NCBI RefSeq assembly: GCF_963921235.1
Contig: NC_086097.1
Coordinates: forward strand, 240,128,001-240,192,000
Direction of reading: 5' to 3'
Source of the DNA: Mobula hypostoma
Taxonomy: Eukaryota
DNA length: 64,000 bases
Shown: positions 1 through 11,454 of the stretch, piece by piece
Layout: the number at the start of each line of letters is the position of its first letter
Position numbering within the stretch: the first letter of the stretch is position 1
The notes under the pieces: generated by a model
The model's database searches: none
The model's input: only the letters and a program-made list of their open reading frames with translations
What the model was told of the DNA's origin: nothing
Position numbers and translations under genes: made by a program

Positions 1-127
1 CGGGGTCGGCCGCTTTACTCTCCTCTAAGTACGCTTCGAAGCAGGCCAGCCAGAGTTCGAAAGCGTTTCCAGCTTCAGGTGTTTGCAGATCGAGGTCTAA
101 TTTGTCTGGTCTCAGTGTGTGTTCCAT
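1..127 (-). CDS. gag: 5' part of Gypsy-like LTR retrotransposon gag ORF (runs off the window)
   Basis: ATG at 127-125, just after the LTR and primer site; reads MEHTLRPDKLDLDLQTPEAGNAFELWLACFEAYLEESKAADP with no stop, resembling Gypsy gag N-termini. Confidence 0.75.
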   Translation of the reverse strand, partial: MEHTLRPDKLDLDLQTPEAGNAFELWLACFEAYLEESKAADP

Positions 128-136
128 GCTTTAAAA

Positions 137-152
137 TGTACAGCGAATAAAA
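137..152 (-). promoter_or_regulatory. Primer-binding-site position, complementary to own LTR (putative self-priming site)
   Basis: Minus strand TTTTATTCGCTGTACA, 1 nt after the LTR end; exact reverse complement of LTR segment 208-223; no TGG. Confidence 0.7.
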
Positions 153-153
153 T

Positions 154-390
154 TGTAGCACCTTCAATAACTCCAAAAGACTGAGGTTTGGTAAAATACT
201 GAATGGCTTTTATTCGCTGTACAATATGACCTCCACAACCTCCACGGTGAGTGTCTGCCCCGGACTGAGGGGGAGGGGCAAGGCGAACACCCTTATACAG
301 GACTCTGTGGGAGGAGCCACAGGGGCAGTCAGCAGAGGGGTGTGTCCAGACAGTTAACCCAGTTACAACATATATATATGGTTTACCACA
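154..390 (-). mobile_element. 5' LTR (237 bp) of Gypsy-like element
   Basis: TGT...ACA termini on minus strand, TATAA (297-293), AATAAA; same length and near-identical to solo LTR at 45423-45659. Confidence 0.9.
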
Positions 391-681
391 ACTTCATCAG
401 GACTAACTGAAAGAAGTGATAGTAAGAGATTTTTACAATTTTTAGATATTTTTGGTGAAACTAGGACTACAGGTCATAGGGTTTGGGTGAAAGGTAAAAT
501 ATTAAAGGGGAAACTGAGAAGGTCATTGGGCAGTTTTTCATTGATTCTGTTATGGTAATTATTCTATAAATTTATAGATTTATAGATTCCAGAACTGGCT
601 TGCCCACAGAAGGCAAAGAGTGGTTGTAGAGGGTCATATCCTGCCTGGAGGTCAGTCACCAATGGAGTGCCTCAGGGATCA

Positions 682-1008
682 TGTAGATAGAGGCTTTTTC
701 CCAGAGCTGAAATGGTTCCCACAAGAGGACACAGGTTTAAGGTGCTGGGGAGTAGGTACAGAGGAGATGTCAGGGGTATGTTTTTTACTCAGAGAGTGGT
801 GAGTGCGTGGAATGGGCTACCGGCAACGGTGGTGGAGGCAGATACAATAGGGTCTTTTAAGAGGCTTTTGGATAGGTACATGGAGCTTAGTAAAATAGAG
901 GGCTATAGGTAAGCCTAGTAATTTCGAAGGTAGGAACATGTTCGGCACAACTTTGTGGGCCGAAGGGCCTGTATTGTGCTGTAGGTTTTCTATCTTTCTA
1001 TGTTTCTA
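682..1008 (+). mobile_element. CR1 LINE 3' end fragment
   Basis: TRGH..KV / FFTQRVV..WN C-terminal ORF2 motif, 3' UTR hairpin, (TTTCTATG)n tail. Confidence 0.85.
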
Positions 1009-1650
1009 TTTATTGAGTATGCCCACATGAAAATGAATCTCAGGATTAAATATGGTGACGTATATGTACTTTGATATGTATTTCACCCAAACATATGTAC
1101 TTTGGCCATTAACCAAAACATATACAGTATTTCATCAAGTATTTACAGTCTATTGGGATCGAGGTTTAGGATACACTAAAGCAACTCACTAATAGCTTCA
1201 TCTACCACACCTGGGGCCAGCTAGGCCAGTTTCAGCAGACGCATACTAATAGCTTCACTTCCAATTTCTTCTCAAGTGTGTCAAAAGATGGCAAGGTCGC
1301 ATGTGATATTATAAGGAAAAAAAGAAAGAATAGTAAGTAAGCTCTGGATTATCATTTGTAAAAATTTCAGATGCTCATGCTGTTCGCTGTGAAACTGTAG
1401 AAAATATGTGTTGTCTCTCAGAAAAGAGAAATAGTTGACAGTGTTAACATACTTTGCTTGGCGTTGTTAGAAGAGAAATATCCTTTTGGTCCGCATGGAT
1501 TCGATGAATTACAATTACTTTTATTTATTTTTCCTACCGCTCCTCAGAATCGGATTTAATATCACTGACTTAAGTCATGAAATTTATTGATTTGCAGTCC
1601 CAGTAGAGTGTAATACATCCAATAATTATAAATTACAACAAAAATATATA

Positions 1651-3196
1651 CAGTGCCTGTAAAAGTACTCACCCCCTTTGGAAGTTTTCGTGTTTTATTG
1701 TCGTACAACATTGAATCACAATGGATTTAATTTGGCTCTTTTGACACTGATCAACAGAAAAGACACTTTCATGTCAAAGTGAAACCAAATTTCAACAAAC
1801 TGGTCAAAATTTATTAGAAATATTGATACAAAATAATTGATTGCATAATTATTCACCTCCTTTAAGTCAGTATTTAGCACATTTGGCTGTGATTACAGCT
1901 CAAGTCTGTGTGAATAGGTCTCTATCAGCTTTGCACATCTGGATACTGCAACTTTTACTCATTCTTCTTTCGAAAACTGTTCAAGCTCTGTCAGATTGCA
2001 TAGGGATAATGAGTGAATGGCCCTTTTAAAGTGCAGCCAAAAATTCTCAATTAGATTGAGGTCTGACTTGGCCACTCCAGGACATTAACTTGATTGTTTT
2101 CAAGCCATTCCTGTGTACCTTTGGCTTTGTGCTTGGGGCCACGGTCTTGCTGGAAACCAAAACTTCTCCCAAGTCACAGTTTTCTTGCACATTGTACCAG
2201 GTTTTCCCTGTATTTTGCTGCATTCATTTTAACCTCTGCCTTCACAAGCCTTCTGAGGCCTGCTGCAGTGAAGTATCTCCACAGCATGATGCAGCCATGA
2301 TGCACCTTGCCTCACGGTATGGATGGTGTGTTTTTGATGATGTGCGGTGAACATGGCATTTAGTCTGATGGCCAAAAAGCTCAATTTTGATTTCACCAGA
2401 CCATAGAACCTTCTTCCAGCTGACTTCAGAGGCTCACACATACCCTCTGGCAAAGTCCAGCCAATATTTTATGTAGGTTTTTTTCAACAATGGCTTTCTC
2501 TCCCATAAAGCTGCGACTGGTGAAGCACCCAGATGACAGTTTTTTGTTTCACAGTCTCTCCCATCTCAGCCACTGAAGCTTGTAAATCCTTTAGAGCTGT
2601 CATAGGGCTTTCGGTGGCCTCCCTCACGTCCCCTTCTTGCACGGTCAGTTTTTGAGGACCACCTGTTCTAGGCAGATTTACAGCTGGGCCATATTCTTTC
2701 CATTTCTTGATGATTGACTTAACTGTACTCCAAGGGATATTCAGTGACTTGGGCATTTTCTTGTATCCATCTCCTGACTTGTGCTTTTCAATAACCTTTT
2801 CATATGGCGTGTTCTTTTGTCTTCCTGATGTAGCTTTTGCCAGGATACTGACTCACCAGCAGTTGGACCTTCCAGATACAGGTATACTTTTACTACAATC
2901 AATTGAAACCCCTTGACTGCACACGGTGATCTCCATTTAACTAAATATGTGACTTCTAAAACCAATTGGTTGTACCAGTGGTGATTAAAGGCAGTGAATA
3001 CTTATGCAATCAATTATTTTGTGTTTTATATTTGTAACGAGTTTAGATCACTTGTACAGATCTGTTTTCACTTTGACTCAAAAGATTCTTTTTCTGTTGA
3101 TCACTGTCAAAAAAGTCATATTAACTCCATTGTGATCCAAGTTTGTAAAACATAAAACATGAAAACTTCTGGGGGGGGGTGAATATTTTTATAGAC
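1651..3196 (-). mobile_element. Decayed Tc1-family DNA transposon
   Basis: TA|CAGTGCC start, ~200-bp imperfect TIRs, minus-strand transposase remnants (SLNIPWSTVKSIIKKWKEYG...). Confidence 0.85.
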
Positions 3197-3227
3197 CTAA
3201 TACACATATATATATATATATATTATA

Positions 3228-3490
3228 AGGGGTGTTTAGTTCGATGCTTTACAGTACAGTGGATCCAGGTCTGGTTCCCGTCACTGCCTTTGAGGAGTTT
3301 GTACATGCCCCCCGTGACTGCGTTGGTTTCCTCTGGGTGCTCTGGTTTCCTCCAACAGTTCAAAGGCGTACATTTGGTAGGTTGGTAGGTTAATTGGTCA
3401 TTGTAAATTGTCCTGTGATTAGGCTAGGATTAAATCAGGGTATTGCTGGGCAGCCTAGTTCGAAGGACGCTGTATCTCAACAAATTAATT
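3228..3490 (+). mobile_element. V-SINE-like tRNA-derived SINE
   Basis: Core CCCCGTGACTGCGTTGGTTTCCTCTGGGTGCTCTGGTTTCCTCC shared with 16497, 42302 and 60225 copies. Confidence 0.7.
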
Positions 3491-4096
3491 AATCAAATTA
3501 AATTAAATTTTTAAAAAATATAGATAGTTGGATACAGATAGAAATAAGTTTCAATAACTATTGCAAAAAGAAAGTGAAAAAATAGCAAGGTGGTATTCAT
3601 GGTTCATTGTCTGATCAGAAATCTCCTGCATGTTCAGCTCCAATACGTCAGCCTCTTATTCCTCTTCAAGGTGCTGCCTGGCCTGTTAAGCTCCTCCAGC
3701 ACTTTGTGTGTGTTGCTCTGGATTTCCAGCATCTGCTGAATCTCTTGTGCTGATGGGATAGCCTGGATATTCTTCAGCAGATAGGACTCAGTTGCTTAAT
3801 TCCTGACTGACTATCATGTGAAAAACATAGGCCCAAACTATGAAAATCTGGCATTAACCTTTTGGATGAGTCAGAGTGAAAATGAGACATGCATCACCTA
3901 ATGGTTGGATTGTAAAACAACAATGACGGGATTAATTGAGGGTGCACACAACGCAAAGACTGGCTGTTTTTAATGATTGAATGATGTTTTGAAGAATGCT
4001 TAGCAACTTAAAGTGAATGATGGGGGGTCGGTGCTGGTTGGCAGCAAGCAAAGTACTTAAAGTGCAGTATGTAGATGAAACAGCAAGTGTACTTAC

Positions 4097-4335
4097 ACTC
4101 CCTAACTGTGTTGAGTCATTAAACCACTTTCCATATCTCATCAATGACCTATTGCTCATTACCACATTTAGCTCCATGCTTAATAGAACCACTCTGTGGT
4201 ATAGGACTCCCTCTTCTGAAACTGCAGTTATAAAATATCCAACTAAATTCAGCTATTGCCCTTGTTTCCAAGCCAACCAACATGAACAGGTCCCTTTACC
4301 ATTTGTTCCTTTAAAAACAGTTGAAAGAGCATCAC
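4097..4335 (-). other. Candidate spliced exon (5' UTR plus possible start codon)
   Basis: Acceptor CTTTTCTTTTACGTAG|, donor AGT|GTAAGT, in non-repetitive DNA; AGCATGG start gives MELNVVMSNRSLMRYGKWFNDSTQLGS ending in phase 0. Confidence 0.4.
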
Positions 4336-4505
4336 CTACGTAAAAGAAAAGTATCGATAAGATTACAGGAGTGCACAGAAAATTTATGAGGGTGTTACCT
4401 GGACTTAAAGATCTGCGTTATAGGGTTACGTTTTACTCCCTGGAATGTACAGTACTGTGTAAAAGTCTTAGGCACATATCTCCTTAGCCAGAGAGTGGTG
4501 GAACT

Positions 4506-5319
4506 TAGGAGACGATGGTGCCTAAAGGCAACTCCTTTGCTTGCATCCTCGGAAACAGCTCTATTTTAGCTATCTATCTAGCTTTACTATCTCTATTTTT
4601 CCCTTTCAGGGTTCTCTGGAGTTACACACTGACTTCAGTTCTTTGCAGGAATGGGACCCGCTCTCGGGGTCTCACGACTGGCCAATATACGATACACCAA
4701 GATCACAGCCTAGAAAACTAGCGTGCCTTCAGGGTTCCGGAATTTCATGGGGCTGGGGGCAGGCGGACTTGAGGTCGGTGCCTCTGCAGGAAATCCGTGT
4801 GCCGTGGGAGACCGAAAATCGAAAGCAGCAAGCTGGCTGCTGGCTGCTGGCTGTGTGCCCAGAGACCCGAGTTCTTTGGGCAGAGAGCTTGGAAAAGGCA
4901 ACGCAACAGACTTTTAACATTGTAGATCAGCAAGTTGTTTGTTATGTCTCCTCCCTCGCTGTGAAATGGAGATATCTCTTTTTCCCTTATTAGGGAGAGA
5001 GAGAGCCTGTGGTATATCGAATTACCGGGTGGGTGAACGAGTAGTCTTTGGGGTACTGCAAGTCTGTCTCTTTATTGATGCTTGCTGTCTGGTGGGGGGT
5101 GCAGATTCTTTTTCACTGTTGGGGGAGGGGTAACCGTTGCTTTGCTGCTGCTTACACGCAGGAAGCAGGAGCTGGGGGGGACTTTGGGGATCTAACGTTT
5201 AATTGTCATTCATTCTTTGGGGCACTCTGTTTTTGTGGTGGTTGCAAAGAAAAAGAATTTCAGAATGTATAACGTATACATTTTACTGATGTACCTTTGA
5301 AACTTTTGAAACCTTTGAA
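4506..5319 (+). mobile_element. Non-autonomous retroelement with (TTGAAACCT)n-like tail
   Basis: Interrupts a CR1 3' end (AGAGTGGTG|AATCTGTGG); ends in short tandem repeat; no credible ORF. Confidence 0.5.
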
Positions 5320-5407
5320 TCTGTGGAATTAGTTGCCAAGTTGGAGACCAAGTCATTTGGTATATTTAAGGCAGAGGTTGATAGATTCTTGATTAGTCAG
5401 GGCATGA

Positions 5408-6735
5408 CTAATACCTCAAGGTGCATGACAAGATAGGCCAAAGCCAGCATGGTTTCATGAAGGGAAGATCCTGCCTTACCAACCTATTGGAATTTTTTAA
5501 GACCTTGAATAAGATTGACAAGGGAGAGGCTTTGGATGTGTGTTTGGATTTTCAAAAGGCCTTCGATAAGGTGCCGCATATGAGGCTGCTTAATAAGATG
5601 AGAGCCCATGGAATTACAGGAAAGATATTGAAATGGGTGGAGCATTGGCTGATAGACAGAAAGCAAAGGGTGGGAATAAAGGGATCCTATTCTGATTGGT
5701 TGCCGGTTACTAGTGGTGTTCCGCAGGGGTCGGTGTTGGGGCCGCTTCTTTTTACCATGTATATGGATGATTTGGATTATGGATTAAATGGCTTTGTGGC
5801 TAAGTTTGCAGATGACACCAAGATAGGTGGAGGAGCATGAAATGTTGAAGAAATGGAAAGGTTGCAGAGAGACTTAGTCAGTTTAGGAGAGTGGGCAAAG
5901 AAATGGCAGATGAGAGACAACGTTGACAAATGTACGGTTGTACATTTCGGAAGAAGAAATAATCGGGCAGATTATTATTTAGATGGGGAGAAAATTCAAA
6001 AACCAGAAGTGCAAAGGGACTTGGGGGTCCTCGTGCAGGATACCCTAAAGGTTAACCACCAAGTTGGATCGGTGGTAAGGAAAGCGAATGCTATGTTGGC
6101 ATTCATTTCAAGAGGAATAGTGTATAAGAGTAAGGACGTGTTGATGAGGCTCTATGGGGCATAAGTGAGACCTCATTTGGAATACTGTGTGCAGTTTTGT
6201 GCCCCCTATCTTAGAAAGGATGTACTGATGTTGGAGAGAGTTCAGAGAAGATTTACGAGGATGATTCCTGGAATGCAGGGGCTTACATATGAGGAGCGTT
6301 TGTCGGCTCTTGGATTGTATTCATTAGAGTATGGAAGAATGAGAGGGGATCTCATGGAAACATTTCGAATGTTGAAAGGGTTGGACAGAGTAGATGTGGA
6401 AAGGTTGTTTCCCTTGGTGGGTGAGTCCAGGACAAGAGGCCATAGGCTTAGAATTAGTGGGTACCCAGTTAAAACAGAGATGAGGAGATATTTTTTTAGC
6501 CAGAGGGTCGTGGATTTATGGAATTCGTTGCCACATACAGCTGTGGAGGCCCGATCACTGAGGGTGTTTAAGGAGGAGATTGACAGGTATCTAATTAGTC
6601 AGGGTATCAAGGGATATGGGGAAAAAACCGGAAATTGGAACTAGATGGGTGAATAGTTTAGCTCATGGGGGAGCTGCAGAGCAGACTCGATGGGCCGAAT
6701 GGCCGACTTCTGCTCCTTTGTCTTGTGATCTTGTG
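5408..6735 (+). mobile_element. 5'-truncated CR1 LINE, RT region with few stops
   Basis: ORFs 5421-5840, 5853-6164, 6165-6644 give contiguous RT (GVPQGSVLGP, FADD) and C-terminus; (TCTTGTGA)n tail. Confidence 0.95.
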
Positions 6736-7839
6736 ATGAAAGGATATGGGTAGAAGGCAGGTTGACTGGGGCTGAGAGGGAAATGGATCAGACATGATGA
6801 AATGGTGCAGCAGACTCGATGGGCTGAATGCCCTAATTCTGCTCCTATATCTCAAGTTCTATTGTTTTATATAAGTATATATACTGTATGCCTAAGGCAC
6901 TTGGGCAGTACTGTAGTAACTTTATGTATTGCACTGTACTGCTGCAAAAAACCCCACAAATTTCATGACATGTGAGTGATGATAAACCTGATTCTGATAT
7001 GGGTCTCTGTTGTGGACTGAGAGTGGGAAGGGGTCAGGGAGAGGGGAATCATGATTGGGAAATGTGGATGGGAGAGGGAAGGGAGCAGGGAGCAGCAGAG
7101 AGGCATCCTGTAATAGTTAATACACCAATTGTTTGGTATCAATGACAATTGCCTGATGTCTCGGGACCTGGCGTGTCTGCATCCATGCCACCCCCTGCCA
7201 TCCCTGCACTCCCTTTCTGCCACCTGTCCCACACACCTCTCACGGCACACCACACTCGCCAGATTTACAAACTCGCTCTCTGCTCCACATAGACAGATAC
7301 TGTACTGTGCTGAGATCTTAGGCACCCTAGTTATATAGGTGGGCCCAACACTTTTGCAAAGTATCGTACGAGAATGAAGGGAGATTTGATAGAACTGTTC
7401 AAAGTTACGAGAGGTGTAAACAGGGTAATTGCAAGCAGACTTTTGCCACTGAGGTTAGATGAAACTAGAGGTGGAGGTCATATATTAAGGGTGAAAAGTG
7501 AAATATTTAAGTGACTTCTGAACAGGTATATGGAGCTCAGAAAAATAGAGGGCTATGGGTAACCCGAGGTAATTTCTCAGGTAAGGACATGTTCAGCACA
7601 GCTTCGAATGGCCTGTATTGTGCTGGAGGTGTTCTATGTTTCCATTTATTTAAGAGGCACCAGATGGGAAACTTACTCACTCAGAGGGTGGTGCTAGTGT
7701 GGAACGAGCTGCCAGCGGAAGAGGTGGATATGAGTTTGACTTCAAGGTTTAAGAGATATTTGGATAAATAATTGGATGGGAGGGCTAAGGTCCAGGTGTG
7801 GGTCAAATGGACTATGCAGAATAACAGTTCAACATACTC

Positions 7840-8347
7840 TACACGAGGAATTCTGCAGATGCTGGAAATTCAAGAAACACACATCAAAGTTGCTGGGGAA
7901 TGCAGCAGGCCAGGCAGCATCTCTAGGAGGAGGTACAGTCGGCGTTTTGGGCCGAGACCCTTCGTCAGGACTAACTGAAGGAAGAGCTAGTAAGAGATTT
8001 GAAAGTGGAAGGAGGAGGGAGAGATCTAAAATGATAGGGGAAGACAGGAGGGGGAGGGATGGAGCCAAGAGCTGGGCAGGTGATTGGCAAAAGGGATATG
8101 AGTGGATCATGGGATAGGAGGCCCAGGGAGAAGGAAAAGGCGGGGGGGTGGAACCCAGAGGATGGGCAAGAGGCATAGTCAGAGGGATAGAGACAGAAAA
8201 AGGAGAGAGAGAGAAAGAATGTGTGTATATAAATAAATAACGGATGCAGTACGAGGGGGAGGTGGGGCATTAGCGGAAGTTTGAGAAGTCACCAGCGACT
8301 TTTATGTGTGTTGCTTGAAATTCCAGCATCTGCAGATTTCCTCGTGT
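7840..8347 (-). mobile_element. Penelope-derived repeat with short inverted terminal segment and mutated hammerhead motif
   Basis: Near-identical to 49895-50295; 8291-8347 is an inverted copy of 7841-7895; motif 7937-7972 has GAAA>AAAA. Confidence 0.75.
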
Positions 8348-8539
8348 TACCAAGTGTATGTTTGTGGTTTTCTGCTGTTGTTGCCCATTCACTTCAAGCT
8401 TTGATGTGTTGTGCATTCAGAGACACTCTCCTGGCCATTCTCCTCTGATCTCTCTCATTAACTGGGCACTTTTGCCCACAAAACTACTGCTTCCTGAATG
8501 TTTTTCTGTTTCTCGTACCATTCTCTGTAAACTCTAGAC

Positions 8540-8619
8540 CAGGGGCTCCAAACTTTTTTATGATACAGACCCCTAGCATTAACTGAGGGGTCCATGGACC
8601 CCAGATTGGGAATCCCCAC
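8540..8619. mobile_element. Short hAT-like MITE inside a Tc1-like fragment (~8350-8725)
   Basis: CAGGGGCTCCAAAC...GATTGGGAATCCCC imperfect TIRs; right TSD not preserved. Confidence 0.45.
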
Positions 8620-8729
8620 AGGAGACTGTTGTGTGTGGAAACCGTTTCTGAGATACTCAAACCATCCTGTCTGGCACAAACTATCATTTCACAGTCAAAG
8701 TAATTTAGATTACAATTTTTTCCGTGATA

Positions 8730-9088
8730 GAGCTGTACAAGATGATGAGAACATTGATCGTGTGGATAGCCAGAGGCTTTTTCCTCAGAGCTGAAATGAC
8801 TAACATAAGGGGGCATAGTTTTAAGATGCTTGGAAGTAGAGGGATGTCAGGGGTACATTTTTCCACACAGTGAGTGGTTGGTGCATGGAATGAACTGCCA
8901 GCAACAGTGGTTGAGGCGGATACAATAGGATCTTTTAAGTGACTCTTAAAAGCTTAGACATAGAGCTGAGAAGAATGGAGGGCTATGTGATAGGGAAATT
9001 CTAGGTAATTTCCAGAGTAGGTTATATGGTCGGCACAGCATTATGGGCCGAAAGGCCTGTAATGTGCTGTAGATTTCTATGTTCTGTG
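8730..9088 (+). mobile_element. CR1 LINE 3' end fragment
   Basis: Same subfamily as 682-1008; 3' hairpin and TTTCTATG tail. Confidence 0.8.
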
Positions 9089-9448
9089 TATACTGTAGGT
9101 GTATCCAAAACCTGGTCATTGACCGTATTCCAGTAACATTACACAGTTGAAATTTTTTCATTAATTTGAGCCGAATTGATTTGATTACTGAACTGTGAGG
9201 TACATTATAATTTTCTTCATCATTCGGTGTATGCTTGAATGCAATTAGCCCTCCCCATTCTTTCCTTCAATATCTAACAGAATACAACGTATTCAGGAAG
9301 ATTCAGTGGGGTTGCACACTCAATCTTTTAGGAACAGTTTCTTCCCTTCATCATAAGATTTTTTTGAATAGTCCATGAAGCCATGAACACCAACACTTTT
9401 TGTTTTCTTTTAGAACTAATTATCTACTCTTTATTTATTATCACAACT

Positions 9449-9585
9449 TAGACAATAGACAATAGGTGCAGAAGTAGACCATTCGGCCCTTCGAGCCTGC
9501 ACCACCATTCTGCGATCATGGCTGATCATCTACTATCAATACCCGGTTCCTGCCTTGTCCCCATAACCTTGATTCCCCTATCCCC
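9449..9585 (-). mobile_element. Very short CR1 3' tail insertion
   Basis: (TCTATTG)n tail and GGTGCAG...CTGCACC hairpin on minus strand. Confidence 0.75.
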
Positions 9586-10254
9586 TTATGGTAATTTTAT
9601 GTCTTGCACAGTACTGCTGCCACATGCCAAATTTCATAACATACATGAGTGATAATAAATCTGATACAGATTCTAACCCCTTGAGCATGGTGTTGGATGA
9701 GTTATAATTTGTATTTTCTATGAAATCATCAGCTCTCCAGTCCAATATGAGGCTGTACAGTCCGTCAGCGAGTGTTGCACTGCTGTAGAAGCACACACCA
9801 ATCGAGTAGCATTTATTCACTGACTTTCATCCATCCTTTTTATTTAATAGCTCTTATGTGAAGCGACAACCTAACCGGATAGAACTGTTTCCCTTGCAAG
9901 TACAGGGAAGGTGTGCAATGTTTCTGCAGACACACTTTAGCAGATGGTGTCTATGGCAGGCTGGTAGTCCAGGCAATAACGATGTGCCTACTGCCTTTGT
10001 CTGATGTTCTGACCACTGCACACGATGTGGTTGCTCAGCTGGTGACTGCCAAACCCACGTATAGCAGACCCTGCTGATTCTCCCAGCAAAGATTTTTGAA
10101 CTATTTATTTATGTTTATGCTGCTTATTTTAATTTATAGCATTTTTCTTAAGTCTGAATTATACTGCAACTTTAAAACAATAGACTTCAATGATAATAAA
10201 CCTGGTTCTGATCCTTCCTGAGCCTTATTTTGAGGGAGTGTTTACTATCGTCAC

Positions 10255-10610
10255 TATTGTTCCTATCTCCTCCCTCTAATAGCCCTCTACTTTCCCTCTC
10301 TCCCACTGTCCTCTCCTATCACATTCCTTCTGCCACAGCCCTTTACTTTTTCCACCCATCACCTCCCAGTTTCTCACTTCATCCGCCCCTCCCCCACCCA
10401 CCTACCTTCCCCCTCTTCACCTTCCAGCTTGTACTATCCCTCCCCCTCCTTATTCTGTCTTCTCCCCCCCTTCCTTTCAAACCTGATTTGGGTTTCAGTG
10501 CAAAATATTGGCTCTCCATGCATGCTGCCTGACCTGTTGAGTTCCTCCAGCATTTTGTGTGTGTTACTCTGGATTTCCAGCATCTATAGAATCCGTTGTG
10601 CTTATCACTA
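10255..10610 (+). mobile_element. Decayed Penelope-derived 3' repeat
   Basis: Pyrimidine-rich body then GCTGCCTGACCTGTTGAGTTCCTCCAGCATTTTGTGTGTGTT as in other copies. Confidence 0.55.
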
Positions 10611-10711
10611 TTTACAGTATTAGGTGTTTCTTTGTCCCTGGATCTCTGCCTTATTTACCACACCCCTGCAAGCTTATGATCAGTTCATTTTTCGAGCTGT
10701 GACTAACATTC

Positions 10712-11376
10712 ATTACTACTACGTCGACTCACGCCTAGGGGGCCAGCATCCGGCACGATGACGGACTCTCCACTTCTCCCTCTCCCTCAGTGTGTTCAGT
10801 TCATCTACATTAGCTGCACCGCTGTCTTCTAGGAGCATGTTGACCATAGTCCTGGGAGGGCGCTCAGGGTTCATCCTCCCGTGCTTGGACTCACATATGA
10901 TGACTAGGCTGGCAGGTAGCTCGGGGTGGCGTAGACAGTGCCCCGCTAGTTACTGTCTTCTCGCCTTGATCTTAGTGGTGAGCATCGGTAGGTTGTTATA
11001 GAGCTCGACGTCAGTCATGTGCTGTTGCCAACTCACGTCAAGAGCCATCCAGAGCATTCGTGTATAGCAACCATCTAAAGACGTTCTCATAGTCTTGGTG
11101 AGTGTCCACGGCTCGCATCCGTACCAGAGAATAGACTCTATGACTGCTATGAAAAATGCTCTTTTTAAGCCCTCTGTTCAGGTTCAACTTCCTGATTTCC
11201 TTCATGTTGTTTATAGCCCTCCACGCCAGCGCCTTCCGTAACTTTATGTCCTTCTCCGAACTCATCATTCTTGACCCGAGGTACTTGTAGTCAAAGACTT
11301 TTTTAATGGTATCACTCTCTATGGTCTTGAGAGTACCTTTGTCGCAGTTAAACACCATGTACTCTGTCTTTTTAGC
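10712..11376 (-). mobile_element. RTE-clade LINE 3' fragment
   Basis: KTEYM...YKYLGS...KALAWRA...; downstream frame ESILW/LYG..WTLTK...DGCYTRML; (GTA)n tail. Confidence 0.75.
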
Positions 11377-11454
11377 CCATCCATAATTTCCCCAAAGTGG
11401 AGCTGAGTCACTTTCTTGGACCACCAGGGTTCTTCTGGTGGACACAGTCCAATA

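Larger units (their letters stand above)
4450..7366. mobile_element. Tc1/mariner-type non-autonomous element with repeated TIR units, expanded by nested insertions
   Basis: TA|CAGTACTGTGTAAAAGTCTTAGGCA at 4450; inverted copy ~6888-6912; further head-to-head pair 7299-7366 followed by TA; splits a CR1 whose halves rejoin (4449/7369). Confidence 0.65.

Noticed and set aside
391..395. Possible target preference (ACTTC here, GCTTC at the solo LTR)
   Set aside because: Only two sites, opposite element orientations, and the second TSD copy of this element is outside the window
7776..8270. Pro/Ser-rich and Arg/Gly-rich ORFs here and at 49860-50604
   Set aside because: Purine/pyrimidine-skewed Penelope-derived repeat, not coding
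9851..10004. Plus-strand acceptor followed by ~50 open codons
   Set aside because: No clear donor or recognisable homology
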